From contig NW_018404492.1 of NCBI RefSeq assembly GCF_002113885.1, positions 2,650,506 through 2,713,542 on the forward strand: a stretch of 63,037 nt of DNA, given 5' to 3'. The first letter of the stretch is position 1; each line of letters starts with the position of its first letter. A program made the position numbers and the translations under genes. Below the pieces are notes generated by a model that had not been told where the DNA came from, did not search any database, and was given only the letters and a program-made list of their open reading frames with translations. The DNA comes from Mizuhopecten yessoensis (taxonomy: Eukaryota). Of this stretch, positions 12,430 to 24,870 are shown piece after piece.

Positions 12430-15400
12430 GTAAGAACCCAGATAACAACGTCACTAGGAAGGGGGGAACCTTCAGGGAGGTAAGAACCCAGATAACAACG
12501 TCACTAGGAAGGGTGGAACCTTCGGGGAGGTAAGAACCCAGATGTCAACGTCACTAGGAAGGGGGGAACCTTTGGGGAGGTAAGAACCCAGATAACAACG
12601 TCACTAGGAAGGGGGGAACCTTCGGGGAGGTAAGAACCCAGATAACAACGTCACTAGGAAGGGGGGAACCTTCGGGGAGGTAAGAACCCAGATAACAACG
12701 TCACTAGGAAGGGGGGAACCTTCGGGGAGGTAAGAACCCAGATAACAACGTCACTAGGAAGGGGGGAACCTTCGGGGAGGTAAGAACCCAGATAACAACG
12801 TCACTAGGAAGGGGGGAACCTTCGGGGAGGTAAGAACCCAGATAACAACGTCACTAGGAAGGGGGGAACCTTCGGGGAGGTAAGAACCCAGATAACAACG
12901 TCACTAGGAAGGGGGGAACCTTCGGGGAGGTAAGAACCCAGATAACAACGTCACTAGGAAGGGGGGAACCTTCGGGGAGGTAAGAACCCAGATAACAACG
13001 TCACTAGGAAGGGGGGAACCTTCGGGGAGGTAAGAACCCAGATAACAACGTCACTAGGAAGGGGGGAACCTTCGGGGAGGTAAGAACCCAGATAACAACG
13101 TCACTAGGAAGGGGGGAACCTTCGGGGAGGTAAGAACCCAGATAACAACGTCACTAGGAAGGGGGGAACCTTCGGGGAGGTAAGAACCCAGATAACAACG
13201 TCACTAGGAAGGGGGGAACCTTCGGGGAGGTAAGAACCCAGATAACAACGTCACTAGGAAGGGTGGAACCTTCGGGGAGGTAAGAACCCAGATAACAACG
13301 TCACTAGGAAGGGGGGAACCTTCGGGGAGGTAAGAACCCAGATAACAACGTCACTAGGAAGGGTGGAACCTTCGGGGAGGTAAGAACCCAGATAACAACG
13401 TCACTAGGAAGGGGGGAACCTTCGGGGAGGTAAGAACCCAGATAACAACGTCACTAGGAAGGGTGGAACCTTCGGGGAGGTAAGAACCCAGATAACAACG
13501 TCACTAGGAAGGGGGGAACCTTCGGGGAGGTAAGAACCCAGATAACAACGTCACTAGGAAGGGGGGAACCTTCGGGGAGGTAAGAACCCAGATAACAACG
13601 TCACTAGGAAGGGGGGAACCTTCGGGGAGGTAAGAACCCAGATAACAACGTCACTAGGAAGGGGGGAACCTTCGGGGAGGTAAGAACCCAGATAACAACG
13701 TCACTAGGAAGGGGGGAACCTTCGGGGAGGTAAGAACCCAGATAACAACGTCACTAGGAAGGGGGGAACCTTCGGGGAGGTAAGAACCCAGATAACAACG
13801 TCACTAGGAAGGGGGGAACCTTCGGGGAGGTAAGAACCCAGATAACAACGTCACTAGGAAGGGGGGAACCTTCGGGGAGGTAAGAACCCAGATAACAACG
13901 TCACTAGGAAGGGTGGAACCTTCGGGGAGGTAAGAACCCAGATAACAACGTCACTAGGAAGGGGGGAACCTTCGGGGAGGTAAGAACCCAGATAACAACG
14001 TCACTAGGAAGGGTGGAACCTTCGGGGAGGTAAGAACCCAGATAACAACGTCACTAGGAAGGGGGGAACCTTCGGGGAGGTAAGAACCCAGATAACAACG
14101 TCACTAGGAAGGGTGGAACCTTCGGGGAGGTAAGAACCCAGATAACAACGTCACTAGGAAGGGGGGAACCTTCGGGGAGGTAAGAACCCAGATAACAACG
14201 TCACTAGGAAGGGTGGAACCTTCGGGGAGGTAAGAACCCAGATAACAACGTCACTAGGAAGGGGGGAACCTTCGGGGAGGTAAGAACCCAGATAACAACG
14301 TCACTAGGAAGGGTGGAACCTTCGGGGAGGTAAGAACCCAGATAACAACGTCACTAGGAAGGGGGGAACCTTCGGGGAGGTAAGAACCCAGATAACAACG
14401 TCACTAGGAAGGGTGGAACCTTCGGGGAGGTAAGAACCCAGATAACAACGTCACTAGGAAGGGGGGAACCTTCGGGGAGGTAAGAACCCAGATAACAACG
14501 TCACTAGGAAGGGTGGAACCTTCGGGGAGGTAAGAACCCAGATAACAACGTCACTAGGAAGGGGGGAACCTTCGGGGAGGTAAGAACCCAGATAACAACG
14601 TCACTAGGAAGGGTGGAACCTTCGGGGAGGTAAGAACCCAGATAACAACGTCACTAGGAAGGGGGGAACCTTCGGGGAGGTAAGAACCCAGATAACAACG
14701 TCACTAGGAAGGGTGGAACCTTCGGGGAGGTAAGAACCCAGATAACAACGTCACTAGGAAGGGGGGAACCTTCGGGGAGGTAAGAACCCAGATAACAACG
14801 TCACTAGGAAGGGTGGAACCTTCGGGGAGGTAAGAACCCAGATAACAACGTCACTAGGAAGGGGGGAACCTTCGGGGAGGTAAGAACCCAGATAACAACG
14901 TCACTAGGAAGGGTGGAACCTTCGGGGAGGTAAGAACCCAGATAACAACGTCACTAGGAAGGGGGGAACCTTCGGGGAGGTAAGAACCCAGATAACAACG
15001 TCACTAGGAAGGGTGGAACCTTCGGGGAGGTAAGAACCCAGATAACAACGTCACTAGGAAGGGGGGAACCTTCGGGGAGGTAAGAACCCAGATAACAACG
15101 TCACTAGGAAGGGTGGAACCTTCGGGGAGGTAAGAACCCAGATAACAACGTCACTAGGAAGGGGGGAACCTTCGGGGAGGTAAGAACCCAGATAACAACG
15201 TCACTAGGAAGGGTGGAACCTTCGGGGAGGTAAGAACCCAGATAACAACGTCACTAGGAAGGGGGGAACCTTCGGGGAGGTAAGAACCCAGATAACAACG
15301 TCACTAGGAAGGGTGGAACCTTCGGGGAGGTAAGAACCCAGATAACAACGTCACTAGGAAGGGGGGAACCTTCGGGGAGGTAAGAACCCAGATAACAACG

Positions 15401-17278
15401 TCACTAGGAAGGGTGGAACCTTCGGGGAGGTAAGAACCCAGATAACAACGTCACTAGGAAGGGGGGAACCTTCGGGGAGGTAAGAACCCAGATAACAACG
15501 TCACTAGGAAGGGTGGAACCTTCGGGGAGGTAAGAACCCAGATAACAACGTCACTAGGAAGGGGGGAACCTTCGGGGAGGTAAGAACCCAGATAACAACG
15601 TCACTAGGAAGGGTGGAACCTTCGGGGAGGTAAGAACCCAGATAACAACGTCACTAGGAAGGGGGGAACCTTCGGGGAGGTAAGAACCCAGATAACAACG
15701 TCACTAGGAAGGGTGGAACCTTCGGGGAGGTAAGAACCCAGATAACAACGTCACTAGGAAGGGGGGAACCTTCGGGGAGGTAAGAACCCAGATAACAACG
15801 TCACTAGGAAGGGTGGAACCTTCGGGGAGGTAAGAACCCAGATAACAACGTCACTAGGAAGGGGGGAACCTTCGGGGAGGTAAGAACCCAGATAACAACG
15901 TCACTAGGAAGGGTGGAACCTTCGGGGAGGTAAGAACCCAGATAACAACGTCACTAGGAAGGGGGGAACCTTCGGGGAGGTAAGAACCCAGATAACAACG
16001 TCACTAGGAAGGGTGGAACCTTCGGGGAGGTAAGAACCCAGATAACAACGTCACTAGGAAGGGGGGAACCTTCGGGGAGGTAAGAACCCAGATAACAACG
16101 TCACTAGGAAGGGTGGAACCTTCGGGGAGGTAAGAACCCAGATAACAACGTCACTAGGAAGGGGGGAACCTTCGGGGAGGTAAGAACCCAGATAACAACG
16201 TCACTAGGAAGGGTGGAACCTTCGGGGAGGTAAGAACCCAGATAACAACGTCACTAGGAAGGGGGGAACCTTCGGGGAGGTAAGAACCCAGATAACAACG
16301 TCACTAGGAAGGGTGGAACCTTCGGGGAGGTAAGAACCCAGATAACAACGTCACTAGGAAGGGGGGAACCTTCGGGGAGGTAAGAACCCAGATAACAACG
16401 TCACTAGGAAGGGTGGAACCTTCGGGGAGGTAAGAACCCAGATAACAACGTCACTAGGAAGGGGGGAACCTTCGGGGAGGTAAGAACCCAGATAACAACG
16501 TCACTAGGAAGGGTGGAACCTTCGGGGAGGTAAGAACCCAGATAACAACGTCACTAGGAAGGGGGGAACCTTCGGGGAGGTAAGAACCCAGATAACAACG
16601 TCACTAGGAAGGGGGGAACCTTTGGGGAGGTAAGAACCCAGATGTCAACGTCACTAGGAAGGGTGGAACCTTCGGGGAGGTAAGAACCCAGATAACAACA
16701 TCACTAGGAAGGGGGGAACCTTCGGGGAGGTAAGAACCCAGATAACAACGTCACTAGGAAGGGGGGAACCTTTGGGGAGGTAAGAACCCAGATGTCAACG
16801 TCACTAGGAAGGGGGGAACCTTTGGGGAGGTAAGAACCCAGATGTCAACGTCACTAGGAAGGGGGGAACCTTTGGGGAGGTAAGAACCCAGATGTCAACG
16901 TCACTAGGAAGGGGGGAACCTTTGGGGAGGTAAGAACCCAGATGTCAACGTCACTAGGAAGGGGGGAACCTTTGGGGAGGTAAGAACCCAGATGTCAACG
17001 TCACTAGGAAGGGGGGAACCTTCGGGGAGGTAAGAACCCAGATAACAACGTCACTAGGAAGGGGGGAACCTTCGGGGAGGTAAGAACCCAGATAACAACG
17101 TCACTAGGAAGGGGGGAACCTTTGGGGAGGTAAGAACCCAGATGTCAATGTCACTAGGAAGGGGTGAACCTTTGGGGAGGTAAGAACCCAGATGTCAACG
17201 TCAGTAGGAAGGGGGGAACCTTCGGGGAGGTAAGAACCCAGATGTCAACATCAGTAGGAAGGAGGACCTTTGAGAAGG
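12385..17278 (+). repeat. 50-bp minisatellite (~97 copies) derived from the exon end plus 5' splice site
   Basis: Unit aacccagataacaacgtcactaggaaggggggaaccttcggggaggtaag; GAG|GTAAGA every 50 nt from 12430 to 17230. Confidence 0.95.
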
Positions 17279-17307
17279 TCTCACATTCTGTATTATTGTT
17301 CTTTAAG

Positions 17308-17566
17308 GTATCTGTTAAGTTCCGTGTGGTGAATGGTACAGCTTTAGAACATCTAGACTTTGAGATGTTGTCGGACACTGTTGTTCTCCTGGATGGAATG
17401 AGAAGTAAGGCCCTGCCAATTATTATTCGGGAGGATCAGGTACCGGAGCAGAGGGAGACTTTCTATGTGGAGATTCTGGACCAGATCACAGGAGATGCAG
17501 TCCTTGGCACTAACACCTACAGTGTTGTGAATATCCTGCCCTCTGATGATCCCACAGGTGCATTTG
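17308..17566 (+). CDS. ADGRV1: ADGRV1 exon (Calx-beta)
   Basis: taag|VSVKFRVVNGTA...EDQVPEQRETF...SDDPTGAF|gtaagt. Confidence 0.88.
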
Positions 17567-17996
17567 GTAAGTGGAGTTTACTTCTGTTGATTGAAGTATG
17601 TAACCTTGTTTCATGCATATTCCAATATGAAGAATGCTTGTTTAAGTATCATGAGATTGCAAAAGATTCAAACATTTAACTTGATGGTTTTGAGCCCAGT
17701 TTGCTGGTTGCTGATCTTGAAGTATGTGTAATTGACTGAAGAGTTCCTTGACAACCATGTTAGTAAATAATGTGTCTATAGTTGAAGGCTTTGTGTAGTT
17801 TAGATTTGGTAGCATGACTAGTTAAGGTCAATCACTGATAACTGCAGAAGATTGAATGCCAATCTAGAATTGGCAAAATAATTCTTAGATAATTGCATTT
17901 CTGACTGTTAGTCTAAGCTATTACTCATTTTGTATTAACCTTTTGGGCTCTTAAAACCATTTTTTTAAGTTTTACTAAATTCAATTTGTTCTGCAG

Positions 17997-18311
17997 AATT
18001 TGCTGTTAATGAGATATCAGTAGAGGAACCAGAGAATGGAAGCCCGTTTGTGGTCAATATCACAGTGATCAGGACAGGGGGCAGCACGGGAGTGGTCAGT
18101 NTTTGCGTCCGCTTCACTACCGAGTAGTTCGGTCAATCACTGGTAAGATGTACAGGTGTGAAAACCACGTGATTATGTGGATATCCAATGCAATAACCTG
18201 AATTGAATTAATAATGTTTAATAAGATACAATGTATCATAAACAAAATTATAGCGGATACGTACGTATATACTGGGGCTATTCGTCTTTGATTAGAATTA
18301 TGATAGNAAAG
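17997..18311 (+). CDS. ADGRV1: ADGRV1 exon, interrupted by an N-bounded assembly patch (18101-18307)
   Basis: gcag|FAVNEISVEEPE...RTGGSTGVVS then N; likely end aaag|gtaggt at 18311. Confidence 0.7.
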
Positions 18312-18517
18312 GTAGGTAACTCTGTCACCAGGGTAAGTTGAGGATCAGTGTGGACTGACAGGCCAGATACAAAGGTAGGTAACTCTGTCACCAGGGTAAG
18401 TTGAGGATCAGTGTGGACTGACAGGCCAGATACAAAGGTAGGTAACTCTGTCACCAGGGTAAGTTGAGGATCAGTGTGGACTGGCAGGCCAGATACAAAG
18501 GTAGGTAACTCTGTCAC
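18308..18517 (+). repeat. 63-bp tandem repeat (~3.3 copies) containing exon end and donor site
   Basis: Unit aaaggtaggtaactctgtcaccagggtaagttgaggatcagtgtggactg(a/g)caggccagatac. Confidence 0.85.
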
Positions 18518-18657
18518 TGGGATAAGGATTTAAGGAGAATGGGAATAGTCAATGTTGACTGGTAGGCCAGATACAGTGTCTTAAGATACAATTTGAAATT
18601 ACTTGTCATAAGTCAGTATTGATAGTAAAGTTATGTTATTTTACGCTTGACTTACAG

Positions 18658-18776
18658 ATCAGCCACCTGATGCTGACATGGTGCCCACAGCCGGATCCAT
18701 ACACTTTGTCAGTAATGAGGCCAGCAGAAATATCAGAGTGTCTGTCCTACCTGATGATGTCCCTGAGGGACCTGAG
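18658..18776 (+). CDS. ADGRV1: ADGRV1 exon (Calx-beta)
   Basis: acag|QPPDADMVPTAGSIHF...PDDVPEGPE|gtaggt. Confidence 0.85.
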
Positions 18777-19481
18777 GTAGGTATTGACCAGATGTCCCTG
18801 AGGGACCTGAGGTAGGCACTGACCTCATCGTTCTAGCGACTTTATACAAAGGTCAGGTATGAGAGTATGTTGAATTGATTTGAATGATGGGCCCAGAGTT
18901 GTTCATGTAAGAAACAAGGATGGACTATGTGGTCTGATCAAGCCTGGATATCGAGGCCTGTATTAATGTAAAGATAGAAATGTCCTCCTGTGGAAATGTT
19001 TATGTTTGGCAATGGTTTTGAAATTATATGTTCTATGTGATCGATAATCTGCATAATCTACAAGTAAGTATTCACATGGGAATATTTGCACATTAAATTA
19101 CTCAACAATAAAAACATGAGCATTTCCACAGCATGAAAATTTCCACTTTTAAAATAACATTAACCTGCCTGGCTAAATTAGCTAAATACTGTTACTTTTA
19201 GAAATCGACTAAACTGAATGGTATCACAACACAGGAAAAGCATATACTAAAATATATTTACTGTTACATGTAAATGAAAGTGTGAAATAGAATTTCGTTC
19301 TGGCCTGATACATTTTATCCAGCCTGATCATCAGAGGACAGCCAGAATGAGCTGTATGACAAGGACCTCTGCCTTCAAGAGTGGTTATCGATCAAATGAG
19401 GCATCAAGTGTGTATCACTTGAATGCTAACCATCACTGCCATACTAAAACGCTATAGAGTACCTATTTATTATGATTTCAG

Positions 19482-19660
19482 GGTATAGTGTTCACACTTG
19501 TAAATGCTAACAATGATGGACGTATTGGGGATCGCAGTTCCTTAATTTTCACGATAGCGGCCAACGATAACCCCCATGGATCAGTACAGTTTGCCACCGG
19601 TAACTACAGCGTGGAGGAGAGAGAGACGAGTAGTGTCCAGTACATCAAACTGGCCAGGCT
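19482..19660 (+). CDS. ADGRV1: ADGRV1 exon (Calx-beta)
   Basis: tcag|GIVFTLVNA...AANDNPHGSVQF...|gtaagt. Confidence 0.87.
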
Positions 19661-19806
19661 GTAAGTTGTGTAAATTCAGTAGAATACCATTGTTCACTAT
19701 ACCAGGAAACTTTCATTCAGTCGAATATTCACCCTTCAGTGGTAAAACTCGTGTTTGCCTTATTTTGTCCTTTACATGTAATGTATTGCTGTGTATTGAT
19801 AGACAC

Positions 19807-20670
19807 TAATGATAATTTTGCCGTTGCTTTGGAGGGAGAAAAAGATGAATGTTAATGATAATTTTGCCGTTGCTTTGGAGGGAGAAAAAGACGAATGTTA
19901 ATGATAATTTTGCCGTTGCTTTGGAGGGAGAAAAAGACGAATGTTAATGATAATTTTGCCGTTGCTTTGGAGGGAGAAAAAGACGAATGTTAATGATAAT
20001 TTTGCCGTTGCTTTGGAGGGAGATATAGGCGTATGTTAATGATAATTTTGCTGTGGCTTTGGAGGGAGAAAAAGATGAATGTTAATGATAGTTTTGCCGT
20101 TGCTTTGGAGGGAGAAAAAGACGAATGTTAATGATAATTTTACCGTTGCTTTGGAGGGAGAAAAAGACGAATGTTAATGATAATTTTTCTGTTGCTTTGG
20201 AGGGAGAAAAAGACGTATGTTTATGATAATTTTGCTGTTGCTTTGGATGGAGAAAAAGATGTATGTTAATGATAATTTTGCTGTTGCTTTGGAGGGAGAA
20301 AAAGACGTATGTTTATGATTNCAAAGTAAACCTACTTTCTCATAATAAAATTGTATGCATGGGATGCATGCACCAATTAAAAAAGAATTCAGAACGAATG
20401 TCATNCGTTGCTTTGGAGGGAGAAAAAGACGAATGTTAATGATAATTTTGCTGTTGCTTTGGAGGGAGAAAAAGACGTATGTTTATGATAATTTTGCTGT
20501 TGCTTTGGAGGGAGAAAAAGATGTATGTTAATGATAATTTTGCTGTTGCTTTGGAGGGAGAAAAAGATGTATGTTTATGATAATTTTGCTGTTGCTTTGG
20601 AGGGAGAAAAAGACGTAAGTTTATGATTATTTTGCTGTTGCTTTGGAGGGAGAAAAAGATGTATGTTAAT
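19807..20670. repeat. 46-bp minisatellite (~17 copies) with an N-bounded patch at 20321-20405
   Basis: Unit taatgataattttgccgttgctttggagggagaaaaagacgaatgt. Confidence 0.9.
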
Positions 20671-21120
20671 GGTGAAAACTTCCTTGAGTACAGTGTATGC
20701 TTCATGCTGAAACTTTTAAGTTTTATGCATGTGACACACAGAATAGATATAGAAATTTCCTCAGATCTAGATAAAAAATAACAAAAATCTTTACAGCAGA
20801 TTAATGTATAATGTCAACTTATATGTAGAACAGTTATTTTTGCTTTGATTAGTGTGAAGTATTTATACAAGATGTTCACTATGAAATTTGAAGTCCTAGT
20901 GATTAAAACTGGAAAAGTCAGCTCATGAAAGTAAGAATTTGCAAAACTTGTTTACTGTTATTAAGTTGTCGATGAAGTACCTAAGAGTGCTGTATTCCTT
21001 ATATGAAATCCATTACACACACATACTGTGCACAGGTAGAGGATGAACAGCTGATAAACCAAAGCAATATATAACATACCGTACAAGAACCTTTCTAGGT
21101 TTTATGTTTCCTGTCCACAG

Positions 21121-21295
21121 GGGTGGTACATTCGGACTTCTGCGTGTTTACTACACCACAGAACAAATAAATGTTGTCGAGGAGGCCATGCTAGATGGGA
21201 GCTCCCTGCTGATGTACTTTGACTCCCCACAAGATGGGGGTCGGATAACCCCCGGGGGTAACATAGAAGTGGCGGACAAGAATGACCCACTGATG
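21121..21295 (+). CDS. ADGRV1: ADGRV1 exon
   Basis: acag|GGTFGLLRVYYTT...LLMYFDSPQDG...PLM|gtatga. Confidence 0.85.
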
Positions 21296-21383
21296 GTATG
21301 ACACAGACCATTCATATGCCTAGCTTTCTCAAGAATACATAATAAAAAATAGAAAACATAGCTGGATAGATGAGCCTTTTGAT

Positions 21384-22850
21384 CAACAGCTGCATCCTTG
21401 ATATTCCAGGAGTAACGCTCACTTTCGCTCTCTGCACCCNATACAGTGGTTCGTTTATGAACATTTACACAATCGGTTCATCATTTGCACGAGTTAATCA
21501 ATACATACTGGACAACTAGTACCTCGGACCGAACGGAGCCGGGGGATATAGTTTACGTAATTGAAGTTGTATATNTTCGCTCTCTGCACCCCTGGAATAT
21601 GTCATAGCAAAATCGAAGACTTGGTGTTTGCCTCCATGTGGATAAGACTAGAAGACTGGTTTGATCCTTTGATGTACATCAAAAGAATTATGAAGTTAGA
21701 TGTTGCTCCTCTGTAACCTTCAAAGGACTGGTATAAGCCTAGCAATTGGTCAGGATTTTTTTCCTGAGACCAATCAAATGTCTAGCTGCCTGCCTTAAAT
21801 TTTGCTATGACAAATTCCAGGGTTGCAGAAAGTGTAATTGAGTATAACCCCTGAAGTACCGAGGATGATTCCAGGGTTGCAGAAAGTGTAAGTGAGTATA
21901 ACCCTGGAGTACCGAGGATGATTCCAGGGTTGCAGTGTGTTNAAATAAGCATTATTTCCTTGGTCTTTATTTATTTCATTCGAAGTAAATATAAGTGTAC
22001 TATCGACCTGTGTTATTATATCGTTTTGATTACGGAATTAGAGCAACAGTCGTTGCATAGCTATACCGACAACACGGCCAGCAACGACTTAATTTTCGGG
22101 GGCCAACAACCAGTTTTCGGGAACAAAGGCACAATCTTATTGAATTGTTATGTTCCTGAAAATTGGTTGTTGTTCCTGAAAACTGGTCCATGTCCCGATA
22201 ACTTGGATATGGTTTTTAAATTTAAATGGTGCTCCGCTAATTTGGAGAGTGTTTCCGTAATTTGGGCCATGCAAATATGATTTAGATTGTACATCATTAA
22301 GTTAGCCACGCATAGATTATTTAGCTGGTACATCATTAAGTTGGGTCATGAATTTATGATTTAGACTGTGTTTTGTAAAATTCAATTCTAATTGAAGTTT
22401 ACTGGTATAATAAGGTAGATTAAGTCGGAGAATTGATTTTTTCGTCCATAAGTGTTTCTCAGTGGTTCCGAGGATGATTCCAGGGTTGCAGTGTGTAAGG
22501 GAGTATAACCCCCGGAGTACCGAGGATGATTCCAGAGTTGCAATGTGTAAGTGAGTATAACCCCCGGAGAACCGAGGATGATTCCAGGGTTGCAGTGTGT
22601 AAGTGAGTATAACCCTGGAGTACCGAGGATGATTCCAGGGTTGCAATGTGTAAGTGAGTATAACCCCCGGAGTACCGAGGATGATTCCAGGGTTGCAATG
22701 TGTAAGTGAGTATAACCCCCTGGAGTACCGAGGATGATTCCAGGGTTGCAGTGTGTAAGTGAGTATAACCCCCGGAGTACTGAGGATGATTCCAGGGTTG
22801 CAGTGTGTAAGTGAGTATAACCCCCAGAGTACCGAGGATGCAACAGCTGT
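21384..22850. mobile_element. MITE-like element whose right inverted repeat is tandemly amplified (~52-bp unit)
   Basis: ctctgcacccctggaatatgtcatagcaaaat (~21582-21613) is inverted at attttgctatgacaaattccagggttgcag (~21799); unit gattccagggttgcagtgtgtaagtgagtataacccccggagtaccgaggat repeats at 21814-21940 and 22467-22840. Confidence 0.55.
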
Positions 22851-22939
22851 TTTATTGTTCTATTTGTCAAGGGAAGAGATTCAACAAAAATTCATTAGTA
22901 TGAACAGGGTATATTAAGTAAGATATCCTCTTGTTTTAG

Positions 22940-23095
22940 GAATGTTTGTCCAGCTGCCTTAAGGTGGATGCTTGTCTCGCATTTGAGGTTAGGGTGGACG
23001 GCAACCAGAGTACCTGTGTGTGGTACATCACCCGCGCCGACCAGCCGCTTATAGCAAAGACAGGAGTCAAGTACTACAACAAAAACCAAGTCAAG
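22940..23095 (+). CDS. ADGRV1: ADGRV1 exon (Cys-rich PAN/Apple-like segment)
   Basis: ttag|ECLSSCLKVDACLAFE...TCVWY...KYYNKNQVK|gtcagt. Confidence 0.82.
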
Positions 23096-23364
23096 GTCAG
23101 TCATAGCTTCTTAGTCGAGTGGACCACAAGTACTTTATTGATGTTACATTTCTATCTGAAGATAATTTAATACAGAACCACGTTACATATGAAAATCTCA
23201 TGATTCCATACCAAAACTTTATACTTAGTTGACTCAGGATAGCTGTTGTCAATAGCAAACCTCTTCCATTGATTTTAATAGTTGAGGTCATGTCATATTA
23301 TTAATTTGTTTTGGATAGCTTCTGTTGAGTGAGGTTATAAAAGAATTATTTGATTATAATGTAG

Positions 23365-23740
23365 ATGCAGGAACTGCTGATGATGAGGGCTACTCCCGGT
23401 CAAGACTTTGGAGTTGTGACCAATGGTTATGTCCTTATCAATGACCAAGTAAACGAAGGAGCGATCCCATTGACCATTCTAGCAGACACCCTACCTGAAC
23501 TTGGAGAAAAGTTCAGGGTCGTATTGACTCGTGTAGAGGTCATATCGGCAGGAGGGTCGGCCAAGTATCCCCCTTCTCTGGGGTCCCTAAACAAGGCAAC
23601 TGTAAAGATCCTGAAGAATGACAATGCCTATGGAATATTTACAGTGTTCAGTGACAGTCCTGCTGGGTCAAACAGCGGTCACTATCTTCCGGTAGAGGAG
23701 AAACCTCAGTATGCTGTGGACCTCATTGTAGAGAGACAGG
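23365..23740 (+). CDS. ADGRV1: ADGRV1 exon (Calx-beta)
   Basis: RATPGQDF...ADTLPELGEKF...KNDNAYGIF...VERQ|gtaata. Confidence 0.88.
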
Positions 23741-24400
23741 GTAATACTCTAGGGATGTAGAATAGTATATAAGCTTCCTAAACCAAAGGGCCAAGTGAGG
23801 TATTGTGAAAAAGTTTTTCTATGAAAAAATTCTCCTCATGAACCACTGGACAGAATTCTACCAAATTTGGTAGGAAATATTCTTAATAGGTAATTGAGAT
23901 TTGAGATTCAGAACTAGGAAGGAAAAGTGGCTGGCCTCTGTTTGGGGACAAAAGGGGGGAAAGAGGGGTAAAATTTTGGGCATATACACCTCTTAGACAA
24001 CAGCAAATGTGCAGCACCCTTAATACATGTTCTCCAAAGTTTGTAAAAGGAAAACAAAATCTGTAATAAACCTGGCCACAAGATTGCTTTGCTTTGCACC
24101 ATATTGCACATTATTTGCATTTTAAAGCACCCCATTACACTCTGAAGAATGGAATGGCCTATCAGGATGGGTATTTTAATCATATTTGAAGTGGTTTCTA
24201 TCAAATATTTAAAATAACTGATTGTCTGGATTAAAACACTGTATCAAAAACGATTATATTGAATTACTAAAGACCAACAATTTATTAATTGCATACTACC
24301 TGAGCTGGGACATGGAGGTTCATGGTAAAAAGTGAAAATATTTGAAACTGTTATGGATAATATCACCCAATAATTCTGAACTTGAATTTTCATCTTGTAG

Positions 24401-24526
24401 GAGGAAATGTTGGTGATGTGACTGTGGATTGGTTTATCAACATGACCGCTACCAATGCCCAGTATGGCGTGGATTACAGGGCAGACGGGGCCACCCTACA
24501 GTTTGCTGCGGGACAGACTAGGATAT
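24401..24526 (+). CDS. ADGRV1: ADGRV1 exon (Calx-beta)
   Basis: gtag|GNVGDVTVDW...GVDYRADGATLQFAAGQ|gtgagt. Confidence 0.87.
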
Positions 24527-24870
24527 GTGAGTTTACATTAAATATTTCCTGTTATGTTAAACATACCACTAAGGCTGGCGTTTGTGCCTACTGCTGGTCA
24601 TAAATTTAAGGTATCAAAAAACATCTCTAGATGTCGATGAAGAAATATGTTTGTTTACCTTACCCAGAAAACATGTTTGTTAAATAGAAGAAAAAAACCA
24701 CTGGAAAAATATGTTCTATGCTTACAGTGATAAGTGGCACTTTGTTATATCCAAAAGTATAAACTGACAGACAGACTTAGTGGTTTAATTAAAACCTTGC
24801 AAAATTAGTGAAACGAAGAGATAAGAAAGAAAAGAAAAAGAAATATGATGACTAAAACTTCCTATTCCAG

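Noticed and set aside
12385-17278. Regular repeat array as a CRISPR array
   Set aside because: Units are contiguous with no unique spacers, there are no cas genes, and the unit derives from the adjacent exon of a eukaryotic gene.
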